Below are positions 39,331 to 52,080 of a DNA stretch of 64,000 nucleotides, piece after piece (positions within the stretch are counted from its first letter, which is position 1; each line of letters begins with the position of its first letter). The stretch is from Octopus sinensis. Its lineage: Eukaryota. The stretch is from positions 18,600,001-18,664,000 of the forward strand of contig NC_043004.1 in assembly GCF_006345805.1 (NCBI RefSeq), read 5' to 3'. The notes beneath the pieces were generated by a model, which saw nothing but the letters and a program-made list of their open reading frames with translations, was not told where the DNA came from and searched no databases. The translations under genes were made by a program, and so were the position numbers.

Positions 39331-40905
39331 GCGAGCTCCCTCGCTTTCCGGGGTGTTTAGGGCATGGGAATTGATTGGTCGGTAGGAAAAATTCAAAAGT
39401 GCCATCGATGCTCTCGCTGACTTTTAATCATTGTGATAATGTTGACTTTTTTGTTTACTGCATAATAATTTCTAATTAGGTTTGTGATACTTATTGTAAT
39501 ATATATGTTAACACTAACTTAACTGTTTTTCATGCGTGAGTATGCTAATTTTTTACGCCAGCCATTGTACAATACCGTTTATCTGCTTAAAAATTCACCC
39601 ATCTATTTAAATGCTATTAGCCATTGAGCTGTCTTTTTCTTACTGCACAGTTATTTCTGTTTAGATCTCTTTTACGCTTACTTTAACTAAAGTAACAGAG
39701 TATAATGTTCGTGAGTCACAAATGTGGCATTTAATTTCATATAGCTATTACTAATGCAAGTGCTACTAACGTATCGAGATTGACTCAACCGACCATATTT
39801 TTTCTTTACAAATGCGTGGCACTACATCAAAGTGATAAATTAATATCGAATATATAAGAGAAGTTTTTTTTGATTTTATATCTCGTTGGATGTACTATTA
39901 CATATCAAAGTTTATTGCTATAGAACTCGATACTATGCCACTTAGATATTATGAAAACGAAATCATTGCTATGGTGGAGCCTGTTTATTTTATGCACATT
40001 TCCAGCGATTAGGTGTCATTATTCTTATTCATATTCGTGAATTATAAAATTTTAATGAAGCTAAATGAAATAGTTATATCTTATATATCTATTTCGAATT
40101 CATAATTACATAGCCAATTAAAGAAAACTTGACTCGTTTTCTGTGTTACGCTTAATATTAGTGGATTAGAATATGTTAGGTTTATTATCATTTGAAATTA
40201 TTTTTTAGATTATTAGTCTAAATTAATTACTGGACACATACGAGCTTTAAATATTACCATTAGTCATTTCATTACTGACCAATTTTCCTTCTGCTAATAT
40301 TATTGCTCTATTTTGTACATTGATAACATTTTAGTGCTGACATTAACACATCTGTTTACCATTCATTTACAGAACGGAAAAAAAGTTACATATTTTAGAT
40401 TATGAATTGAACGAATTCTTGACATTTATGAATTTGGGAAATAGTATCTTTCAATTTAGAGATATGAAAGAGGATGTGTTCCAGCAAAAGTGAGGGCTTG
40501 TTATTGGAGGCAAAGCTGTGTTTGCTTCAATAGCAAAAGACATAATTCATAAATTGTAATACTAACTGTTTCAAGTCACTATTTCGGCTTTCCTCTGATT
40601 TATGATAGCAATATTTTAATGGAGTTGTGTAATTTAAATAAATATCATGTTGAATGAGAAAACTCGTTACGTAATATTTTCATAATTTACCACAACATTT
40701 GAAGTTTTCTCATCAAATCTATAAGCGACATTATACTGGTTTGATTTGTTACACTCACATACACACTTCTTTACATTGTCTCTGTGAGTGTATACATACA
40801 TACATACATACATACATACAAAAGGGGCTTAGTCGAACAAGACAACACCAGTTGTCCAGTCGTGTGGGGATGGCGACAAACACACACACAATAAATATTA
40901 GCAAT

Positions 40906-41640
40906 GGAAGCTGTATTAATACCGAATGGCAATCTTTATATCCTGCTTCAAGTGGATGTATTATTAGAACGCATTGTTACTGCGGTATTCACTTTGAGAG
41001 ATCCCCTCATATACAGGTGCATCACTAAGAGCAAAGACACATATCATTAGTAGAGAGAGAACCGACTAACATGGGCGCTGGAACTGCCAGATCTTATGAT
41101 TTCAGCGTACCTACTTTTCATTAGTAGTAAGCGTCCGCTTGCCGCATGCCAGCTAGATCTCACTTACAACGATATATTAGAACAATAGAGCTATTATTTA
41201 TTATTTAAAAGAGCCTGCTGTCTATTTGTGACGGAGTGCCTGGACAGACACACCAGCTGCTGAAGGAACGTATGCACGCTGAAATCACGCCATCTGATTG
41301 TTCTGGTGCCCATTCCGGACGGCTCTTGTCTCTCAAAGCAAATACCACAGTAACACGGCGTTCTAATAATACATGCACTTGAGATAGGATACGCAGATTA
41401 TCATTGGGTATTAATACTGTTTCCGTCGCCAACATTCATTTTCTAAAGGGTGTGCCGGCAGCTGGCGATAATAGTGACTGAAGGGGTCATTGTTTTTCTA
41501 TATACAGTTGCCATTGAGATTAGGAAGGCATGCGGTGAGAGGGCGCTTGCCACTGAGGATGCATGCTGAAATCGCGTGATCTGGCAGTTCAAGCGACAAG
41601 TGGTTCTTCACTGCTAACGATATATGTCTGTGTTCTTAGT
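40906..41640. repeat. Mosaic of diverged inverted repeats
   Basis: Segment A 40906-41003 inverted at 41330-41428; segment B 41026-41170 inverted at 41505-41640; partial B at 41270-41303. Confidence 0.7.
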
Positions 41641-41810
41641 AATGTACGTCTATATGAGAGAATCTCTGAAAGTAAATACTGCAGTAGTAAGGGGTTGTAA
41701 TAATACATACACCTTATATATTTATATAATTATTATTTGAGGGAATAAAATCCAAACTTACAAGGAAAAAATTCAATTTAGAATACTAAATCAAATTTCA
41801 CACAATATAA

Positions 41811-42100
41811 TATATATATAAAAAATTAGAAAAAAAAACACCTTTTATCAATTCAAAATGAACAATTAAATTACACCATCTAGTAAATTACATATAATAG
41901 AAAAATTGAAAATTAAAATAACGAAGATTAAGTAAATTGCAAAGAATAATAATAGAAACGTATATAGTAATTTACTTAATCTTTGATATTTTATTGTTAT
42001 TCTAATTTTCAATTTTTCTATTATATGTAATTTTCTAGATGGTGTAATTTAATTGTTCATTTTGAATTAATAAAAGGTGTTTTTTTTTCTAATTATATAT
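41811..42100. mobile_element. AT-rich foldback element
   Basis: Arms of about 130 bp (41811-41941 / 41966-42100) are near-perfect inverted repeats with (TA)n flanks. Confidence 0.75.
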
Positions 42101-42104
42101 ATAT

Positions 42105-42270
42105 ATATATATAACACAGGATGTGTGTCTGTCATGTCATTAAAACTTGAGATCTACCCAACCAATTTTACACATGCATTACATAGGGTCTATGGAGTGT
42201 CATGGGCCAACAAAATTTTCAACTTCGTGCCTAATGCGGGCCCAGAGGCAGATAAATCGTACTTTTAAGG
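42105..42270 (-). mobile_element. Helitron-like non-autonomous 3' end
   Basis: Same family as 54710-54848 and 55025-55160 (CAACCAATTTT...TAGGGTC...GAGTGTCAT...TTCAACTTC.TGCCTA). Confidence 0.55.
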
Positions 42271-42885
42271 CCCGTAACTTGAAGAGTATCCGGTCACTTT
42301 CCTCCAAATTTGCAACAAACATTAATCAGGCTCCTCGAATTGCTGTTGACTAAAAAAAAAAAAAAGTTCCGACGCCCACTATGCTCCTCCACTGGGTTTT
42401 ATCTTTGTTTGAGGCCATTATCCGACGATAAAATATTGACACTACTTATGCATTATAAGTAAAGTATAATATTTCATGAAAACCTTTTTGTTCAATTTGG
42501 CAGAGGAAATGTGAAGAACATTAAAATTTTTGTCGACGCCCTGCTGATGCTTCATATTACCATCCCGCGCATGTGCGGGCCATGTGCGTGTGTGCGGCTG
42601 GATAAAGGCACAACAAACTCATTCATCCATTCTCCAGAAATGTCCAGTTGATATTTCCCGTTTCCAATCCTGCGCAACGCATCATGGCCCGGCAGCATGT
42701 CTGCTTTCTATGTCATCCATGTTTGAACTATATAATGCAAAATGTTCACGTGAAAAAACAAACTGCTGTTGTGACTGACAGCCATTTGAGTTTGACCGCG
42801 TGACCACTTCCGGAAGCTATGCTCGTCAACTGCAATTAGTGACCCCCCCTGTATTCTCTACCCCGTTTAGTCGGACGAGTAAGTG

Positions 42886-43336
42886 CAGGGTGTCCCAGAA
42901 TTAACGATGATTTAAGTGAAATCAAATGCATTTTTTTAAAACTCACTTTTATCTATGTTTATCATGTTTAATATGTATTAAAAGTGTGTAAATTTTGAAT
43001 TTTGTTTATAATTTTATTATCATTCCTGTTGGACCTCTCTTGTTTGCCCATGATAGCCTTTTTTCAATTCGGTAGTAATCATTTTCTTTACCTCCATCCC
43101 CAAGCTGGAGCAATCGTTTAGCTGAGCTTAAAGAACACATTCAGTTTGCAGTGCAGGCGCTAATTCCTGAAATGCTTCAAAATGTGTTTCACAACTCTAA
43201 GGAGAGATTAAGTCAATAAAAGTTTGACTCAAGATTTATAAATCTATGTGTTTTGGTAATAAACATAAAATCCTGGCAGTTTTTAAATAATTTGCTCAGT
43301 TTCATTGAAACAGATAGTTGATTCTAGAACACCCTG
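42886..43336 (+). mobile_element. ITm-derived MITE, 451 bp
   Basis: TIRs CAGGGTGTCCCAGAATTAAC / GTTGATTCTAGAACACCCTG followed by TA; internal LKEHIQFAVQALIPEMLQNVF resembles a transposase C-terminus. Confidence 0.75.
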
Positions 43337-43800
43337 TATACACTATAGTGTAGCGCTGTTAGTTGCTGCGTTGCTCGAGTAAATATTGAAATCAAAGGTC
43401 TATTCGCCGTAAACATCCCGTCTTTTGTTAAGCATATTGTGTCAAGGAGTATATTATCCAAAATGTATCTCACTTTTATAAACGTGACTGTGTGGTTAAG
43501 AATCTTACTTTCCAGCCATTTCGCCCTGGGTTCAGTCCCACTGTGCGGCACGTTTGGAAATTCTCTTTCATTACAACTCTGTGCCAACCAAAGCCTTGTG
43601 TATACTTGCCATTACTGTATTGATATATGAAATAACACATACGACTTACTTATTATTGTCATATAAACAAACAGAAGTTCGTGTATGGCGCGGGTGGCTA
43701 AATAGTTGGTAACACTTGCCCAAGGTGCCGCCCCAGTTTACGGACGGAAGGGGCGACTTACTTTCTTTTTATGGTCTACCACTGATATAGGTGCTGTATG

Positions 43801-43857
<57 letters not shown>

Positions 43858-44114
43858 TATATGTGTGTGTGTATATATAAAATTAAGGGCATAGAAAAAA
43901 TTCACACAGACACACAACCCCCCCCCATATATATATATATACACACACACGGTGGGCTTGTTTCAGGTTCAGCCAAATCCAATCTCAAGACATGGGTCGG
44001 TTCGGGGCTACAGTTGAAGACACTTACCCAAGGTATCGCACAGTAAGACTGAACATACGGTCTCATGTTTGGGAAGCGAGCTTCTTATTGCACAGCCACG
44101 CCTGCGCCTGCATA

Positions 44115-44949
44115 CAGGGTGCTCCGGCTAAATTTGACGATTTGTCTCCGATTTACTTTCAGAACAGAGTGGTATATTGGTGAACAGTCAACAGCATTCG
44201 AGTGCATCCCGATTAAAGTTATAGTTGAGAAAACAAAACCGCCATGAAGGACTCGAGTCTGTCTGAATATTAGAAAAGAGTTACCTGTTTCATGAAGATT
44301 TGAGTCCGACATTAGGACTGCTGTTTAACGCTCTGTGAAAACTGTAAAGTTTCTAAAACGTGACATGGACAACAACAACGGAGACCAAGAAACATTGGCC
44401 AGTATGAAGGGACACAGTGGACGTTCTGACTGTATCCCAACGTCAGAATTGATTCCACACCTTTGAACAAGACTTTAGGCCCAGTTCTGACGGCTATATA
44501 AAACTACTGGAGATTGTGGTCAATCCTTGGCTGGAGGGATTTGCTAGTGGAAAGCCATATGTGAGGCAGCAGGAAAGAGCGTCTCGGAAAGAGTCAAAAG
44601 TGTTGTCGGTGAATTTCTACGGCCTCCCTCACCCTCAAATTCCTCGATTGTAATCCTGGGGCGCAGTTGAGAAAAGCAGTAACCGCTCTGCCTGTAACTT
44701 CAAGGTCGAGCAGTCGGCTCAGATCAAAGAGATGATCGGATATCTTCCCAATATTATAAGAACGCATGCACCAAAATCCGAAGTCGTCTTGAGGTTGTGG
44801 TTCAAACTAAGAGCGGCTACATCGAGTTATCCCTCCCGGCATACTCTTGTTATTTTCCGATATTTTTAAATATTTTTATCCTTAGATGGTATACTGTGTT
44901 TTATTTGCCTTTTATGATAACTGTTAAAGCTAGCCCGAACACTCCTCTG
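44115..44949 (+). mobile_element. DD37D-type ITm deleted relic
   Basis: TA-CAGGGTGCTCCGGCTAA start; internal SDGYIKLLEIVVNPWLEGFASGKPYVRQQ resembles the 13.9 kb element; ends ...CTCTG-TA. Confidence 0.65.
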
Positions 44950-44986
44950 TATATGTGCGTGTGCATTTATGTGTGTGTGTGAGTGC

Positions 44987-45017
<31 letters not shown>

Positions 45018-45064
45018 TATATATAAAAAATAAATATATGTATATCTATATAAATATATCTATC

Positions 45065-45102
<38 letters not shown>

Positions 45103-45211
45103 ATTTAGATATATATATAAATATATATCTATATAAATATATATATATCTATAGAATATATATATATGCTTATACATATATCTATAGAATATATATGTAT
45201 ATATATATATT

Positions 45212-45244
<33 letters not shown>

Positions 45245-45302
45245 ATATATATATAAAATATTTATGTATATATATATAGAATATATATATATAGAATAAA
45301 TA

Positions 45303-45352
<50 letters not shown>

Positions 45353-45357
45353 ATATA

Positions 45358-46834
45358 CAGTGGGGGGGGGATAAATATTCGTGCATGTCAAAATTATTTA
45401 TCTAATTTCTAATGAACATAAATGGGATATACCAATACTATACTTGCATACACATATATAAACTAAGAATATGCAAAAGAAACTAATAAATTATAGTAAC
45501 TAATGAATTTATATACAATTATAAATATTTAGGGGTGAAAAAAGTATTCGTAAAGAGTAAGTTTATGATTTTCTATGCCACAAAATATTGTTAAAATATG
45601 CTTTTTTCACTAGAACTTTCTCGTTTGTTCCAATAATCGTATCAGTTGTCATTTTTAAGTGTCAAAGCGCTAGCTTCTTCATTCAGCACTGTGACAACAT
45701 AAAGCAGTATCGTTATAATGGCGAAACGTAAAGAACTCACAAATTCAGTGAAAAACTTAATTATTGAACAGTAGAAAGCAGGTAAAAGTTACAGGAAAAT
45801 ATCAGAGACCCTTTGTACTCCATTTTCTATCATATCTTCATTTATTCAAACATATAAAAAATCAGGAACTGTTGAAAACAGAATAAGATCCGGTGCACCG
45901 CGCAAGATTTCCCCTAGATCTTTAAGAAAAATGAAGCGAAGTATCGAAAAAAACTCAATGATCACCAGAAAGGAGTTGCAAGAAGATTTGTTAGCTTCAG
46001 GGACTAGTGTTACTCTACGAACAATCAGCAATGAACTTCATAGGAATGAACTGAAGTCACGCTCTCCTTGAAAAACTCCGCTGTTGACTAAAAGACATAG
46101 AGATGCCCATTTAAAATTTGTTTATGAAAATAAAGATAAATCTGATACATTCTGCGAAAATGTTCTATGGACAGACGAGTCGAAAATTGAATTGTTTGGA
46201 CGAAATTCGCGTAGCCATGTTTGGAGGAAAGATGGTACCGCCTATTCGCCGAAAAACACAATTCCTACCGTAAAGTTTGGAATTGGCAACATCATGGTGT
46301 GGGGGTATTTCTCTGCAAATGGTACTAACAATTTACGTGTGATAGATGGTAGAATGAATGCAGAGACGTACCAAAATATTTTGAACAATAATTTTTGAGA
46401 CTCTGTAGAAAAGCTCCAACTTTGTGAAGGGTGGATTTTACAACAGGATAACGACCCTAAGCACACGGCGAAGTCTACCAAAAAATGGTTTGTCGATCAC
46501 AATATAAAATTATTAGAATGACCAAGCCAGTCACCTGATTTGAACCCCATTGAAAATTTATGGCGTTATTTGAAAATTAAAATCCATTCAAGAGCTCCAA
46601 CGTGCATTGCAGTTTTGAGGAAAATTTGTCAAGAAGAATGGGAAAAAATTCCTAAAGAAACATGCGAGTTATTGATTAAGAACTACAAGAAGAGATTGGT
46701 TGAAGTGGAATTGAATAATGGTTATGCTACGAAGTATTAAATCAGAATTATTAGTTATTTATGTTCTCTACGAATACTTTTTTCACCCCTAAATATTTAT
46801 AATTGAATATAAATTCAATAGTTACTATAATTTA
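45358..46834 (+). mobile_element. Tc1 (DD34E) transposon with long IR/DR-type left end; right TIR truncated
   Basis: Left end TA-CAGTGGGGG..ATAAATATTCG with inner repeat AGGGGTGAAAAAAGTATTCG (45531-45550); 45487-45552 is inverted at ~46769-46834. Confidence 0.85.
45718..46740 (+). pseudogene. Tc1 transposase pseudogene, 341 codons in one frame with 4 premature stops
   Basis: MAKRKELT..., [30 protein letters not shown], ...GYATKY*; no frameshift. Confidence 0.92.
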
Positions 46835-47694
46835 GAAGAAGAAAGGTAAAAATAGCGTGCAAACCTTCGATGCAACTTTCTCCATTGCATATCTTCGATG
46901 CAGCCTTGATCGATAGTACTCCTAGCAGGGTTTAGGCCTAGATCGGGATTACCTTTCAGATGCTTCTGAGCTCCCTTTCGCTAGGTTACCTTAGGCTTAG
47001 GTTAAGGCTTAGTTGTGATCCGAATATAAACTCTTCTGACACAGAGGATCGGGAGCCCTTTTGGGAGTTCTTTTATCCTTACTGGAAGGGCTTCCAAGCC
47101 ATGGGCCAAGGAGGTTTAGATTATGGGGTGGTAGTTTCGAAAGGGCCAGCATGTGCAACCTGATGATCTCTGCCGGTCAAACTCCCAGCCCATGCGTTCC
47201 TGTCGCGACACTGATTCTGAAGAACTGGGCTGGGTGTGAAAACCAACTTTAAAGTATAAATATAGATTTTTTGAATCAGCAATGTTGCGTTCGGTTAAGT
47301 CCTATTAGGGGTGACAAATCAATACACTGATTCCTTATGGGGTTTTCCATTCAATCAGGATGAACAATCGATAAACTGATTCCTTTTAGGATTTCTCAAT
47401 AAATTGACTATACCGCATTTTCGACCACGACATTTACCAACTTCAAGAGATTTCGAATATGACGTCGGAGCTACTTAGTTTGGTTTGAAACAAAGCGATT
47501 GATTAGCATAATAATCCTAACTTAATGCAGACCGCCTATACTGCTAGTGTGCATATATATATATATATACACATACATATATATATATATATATAGAGAG
47601 AGAGAGGGGGAGAGAGAACATATATATTGTATATATATTTATATAGACTATGCAATATATATATATATATAGAATATATATGGATATATACAGA

Positions 47695-47750
<56 letters not shown>

Positions 47751-48774
47751 CTAGAATATATATATATTCTATACATATATATAATCGATGAGTGGAAAAA
47801 TGGATGAACCGATTCCTTATGGGATTTCCCAATCAGATTGTCTGTAACCCATTTTCAACCAAACGTTTACCAATTTCAAGCGATTTCGAATTTGAAGTTA
47901 AGGGATTTCGAATTTACTCTTTATTTACTTCATTTTCGTTTGTATGTCCGCATTCCGTCGTGTTTGCTTTCGTATTTGTCCCTTGGCCATTCACTACTCG
48001 CCTCGCCTTGAATATTAATTCGTTTGTATAATGTATATTGTACACTGCGTATTTATTTTAAGTTTGTATGTTCACTTTTTGTTGTGTTTGGTCCCTTGTG
48101 CGTGTGCGCGATATTTCCCGCTGGCTCCAAGTTGCTGACGCCACCATAGGGAACAACATTATCGTTAAAGGCGTTAAATTGCTGCTTTCCTTTGGACGTA
48201 TTTTCCGTTTGTTCCGTTTGTTTATGCTTATATATATTACGTGCATTTTTTGAACATATTCAGAAGAAGACAAGTGGGGTTCAAACTTTGCAATTTTATT
48301 AATGTTTTCATAGATTACATCATGGCAAATACATCCGCCATCTCCATGTCAATTTTAAACAAACAAACAAACATGTAAGGTGATTCGCTCACCATCTACA
48401 TGGTGGAACAAGAGAAACCTTTGAGATGTACAAAAGAATTTATTGAGGGAGTGGATAAAATACACGAGGGCAACAGTTCAAAACTACCTTATATTTCAAA
48501 TCACTATCTTAATTAGTTTATAGTCCTGGCTGGTAATTTGGGAAAATGCGTGGTTGTAAAAAATAAAAATAAACGCAAAGTAAAAAATGAAACAAAAATG
48601 AAAAAAATCTGCTCAAGGAAGTGGTACAGATAAGACCCCAGACAAAGTGTTTAGTAGACTAGTTTGTCGCCACTTATCTAACTTTAGAACACACACATAC
48701 TTTATATTACATACATACATCTACACAACATACATATATGAATCCATCCATCCATCCATCCATCCATCCATATA

Positions 48775-48808
<34 letters not shown>

Positions 48809-49823
48809 CATACATAGATACATACATGCGTACGTATGTACACACACACACACACACACATACACACACTCTCTCTCCTCTCTCTCTCTCTCACACACAC
48901 ATACATATATACCTGTACTTTTTCGTATGTAATTCATTTAGAATAACAGTGCGGTACAGGTTGAAATACAGGTTCAAATCTTCTAAAGCATTTACGTGAG
49001 AACTATAAAATTACACCCAAATCAACTTTGGATAACATCAATTGTGATACTCGTGGGGTAATTTGCGGATTACAATTATAGGGCTGCACTGAACCAGTAA
49101 AGGCTAAATATCCTAGGGTTAATTTAAAAGACCATAAAGAAAACTTCATGGACAACCCAACAAGGTGTTTTATTTGCCCTACCTATAAAGGACACTGAAG
49201 GAAAGCTGTATTCGACAGTTTAATTCCTTTTCTATTGCCACTTTTTTCTTTCAACATATGGTCCTTCTTTCTCTACTGCTATTTCTTTCAACATTTGGTC
49301 AAATACTAATGAAGTCATACGCTGGTTCTCGGTTATAATGGAAAAACGTAGGTACACTTTTATTCGATTTATTCCAGCATTTTATTCGTTCTATTCCAGC
49401 ATTTCACCTTTACTTCTCAATAAGGAAACTTTTTGCTGTAATATATTATTTTTGCTCTCGTAACTGGACTAAGGCTACGTTGTTTTCCCATTATTAATAA
49501 ATTGTATAATAACATTAAATTATAACTTTATATGGTGCATTTAGGCTTGTTGTGTGACCACCCATTCTGGCTAAAAATATTGCATACATATCACATGGTC
49601 TTAAACTAATTTTGCCGATAAATTTGAAACGTTTATATCAATTTAGCATTAGAATTCTTCAAGTTGTATAAAAATATTTATTGTCTGCGTCATTCGAAAG
49701 AGAAATAGATTTTACATAAGGTGTAAAAGATAAAATTAATTTTTATGGTGTTAGTAACAAAATATTTTGTAAGAAATAGAACTTTTATCGTCGGTCTTAA
49801 ATATATTTTCGCCAGTGTATATA

Positions 49824-50920
49824 TCTCAGGTCATCCCATAAGTTCTGTCCGAATTTTGGATAAAGAATACAAGTGATCAAATGTTATATTTAATTAAAAG
49901 TTAATCATCAATGTACTTTCCCTGATTATCTATGACTTACTTCCATCTAAATACAAGCTTTTCAAGCCCATCAATGTAACCTCTTTTGGTTTCAAAGCGA
50001 AGAACTCTGAAATGTCAGGTTCGACCTCCTCGTGGCTTACGAAAGTTGTGTCCCCCTAATAATTCTGTAAACTATGAAACAAATGGTAGTCTGAAGGAGC
50101 AGGGTCGGGAGAATAAGGTGGAAGAAGATATTTTTCCCAACCGACCTCTTCGATCTTCTGTGATGTGATCTTTGCAGTGTGGGGTTGCGCATTGTCCTGA
50201 TGAAACATCACTCGTTTTCGACTCACTAAAGTGGCTCTTTTTTCTTTCAAACCTTGGTTCAAACGCTCTAATTGCTGACAGTAGACTTGACCATTGATCG
50301 TTGCATTAGGTAGTAACAATATAAAGTGAATTACGCCTTTGCAATCCCACCAGATAGAGAGAAGAACCTTTTCCCCATGAAGTTCCCTTCTCGGTTCTGG
50401 TTGAGAATTTCCCCTTTTACCAAGCCACTGTTTACGACGCTTAACATTTCGATAGAAAATCCATTTTTCGTCACATGTCTATCGAAAATGGGTGAAATGA
50501 GTTTGCGAGAATGGAGAGAAGAGCAGATGTCAACTCGGGATTTGCGGTTGCTTTCGGACAATACATGAGGCACCTATTTTCCAAGTTTAGGAATCTTTCT
50601 ACGTTGTTGAAGATGACTATGAACTGTTGTATGGTTTGAAGTAAGCTTTATTGCCAATTCTTCAACTGATAATGCAGGATTTTCTTCAAGTAATGCCTCA
50701 AGGAGCTTATCATCAAACTCAACTGGACGTCCTTTTCGATATTCATCTTCAATTTTGGGAACGAACTCCTGCAAGTTCTTTCATTCAAGCGCTTTGCCAT
50801 AAAATGAGTATGTTTCGAGTCACTTCGGCTGCAGGGTTACCTTTATTGTACTCATAAAGAATTATATGCCTTAAATGCTCCTTGGATACTTGCATGTTGA
50901 AAGGGTTTTAATCAAAGCAA
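49824..50920 (-). mobile_element. mariner (DD34D) transposon relic, 5' end interrupted
   Basis: GRPVEFDD, WVPHVLSE, KVLLSIWWDCKG, HQDNAQPH, PYSPDPAPSDYHLF; TIR TCAGGTCATCCCATAAGTTCTGTCCGA near 49826. Confidence 0.88.
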
Positions 50921-50926
50921 TTTTAT

Positions 50927-52080
50927 GGTGTCCACGAAGTCTGGAACATTGAATAAAATCATAACATAAACAAATAAATATAAGAAATAATAATTTTCCT
51001 TTTTTACTTTTGTTTAAATTAAATAAAATAAAATACTTTACTTTTCTAAATTTATTTGTTATTTTTTCTACAGATGATCGAATGACGGCTCTGTCTAAAG
51101 AAGAAAGAATCCCAGATCGAATCATGGATCTGTCTAAAGAAGAAAGAATCGAGTTAGTATTAATAAGTGGACGAGAGGGATGGTCTTATCGTAAAATTGC
51201 GGAAGAATTTAATCTTCGACACCCTTATAGGCAACCTATTTATTTTGCTGCCGTCGGAACATTGATCAAAACATTTAAAGAAACAGGCAGTGTTTTGGAT
51301 AAACCCCGTTCCGGGCGACCAAAGACCTCAGATGAAACGAAAGAGGCTGTCATGGCTAAAGTTTCTGCTAGCCCAAAGAAATCACTTCGCCGGACATCCA
51401 CGGTGTGAGGTGTTCCAAAACCAACCATCCACAAAATGTTGGATGAGGAAAAGTTTCATCGATACAACCTACAGATATTGCATCACTTAAATGAAGACGA
51501 CTCTGATAGATGAATGTAGACGTGCAAATCGTTTTCAGATAAATTGGATGAAAATATCAATTTTACGAAAAACTTTGTTGTTCAGTGACAAAGCTACGTT
51601 TTATGTAAATGGTGAGGTCAACAGACAGAATCTTCTATACTGTTCTCGAGGTAATCCACATTGGATGGATCCATCCAAACAGGAAGGCAGCAAAAAGGTG
51701 ATGGTGTGGTGTGGTTTGTGGAAAGCTCATGTTCTAGGACCCTTCTTCATTGAACATGTAACGGATGAGACTTATGTAAACATATTGAGAGACAAATTAA
51801 TATCTCAAATTGAGCGCCCTGGCGAGGGCCTTCCGAATTGGTTTCAGCAGTATGTGCCCCCTACCCATTTTGCCACATTTTTGTTAGAGATTGGCTTAAT
51901 GACACTGTTCATCACTGGATTGGAAGACGGGGTCATATGGAATGGTCCCCTCGTTCACCAGACCTTTCTCCACTTGATTTCTTTTTCTGGGGTATGTTGA
52001 AAGAGAAAGTTTACTCAATAAAGATTAGATTTAAAACACATGAGAGAACGCATTACCAGTCAGTGTGCTGAAGTTGGTCT
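50927..52080 (+). mobile_element. rosa-like (DD~41D) ITm transposase relic, 3' end cut by the R2 sequence
   Basis: GGTGTCCACGAAGTC TIR remnant; LSKEERIELVL, KPRSGRP, FSDKATF, VMVWCGL, GPFF, WIGRRG..WSPRSPDLSPLDFFFWG. Confidence 0.8.

Noticed and set aside
46985-47015. TTAGGC/TTAGGT telomere-like hexamers
   Set aside because: Only about four degenerate units; not distinguishable from chance in this repeat-rich context.
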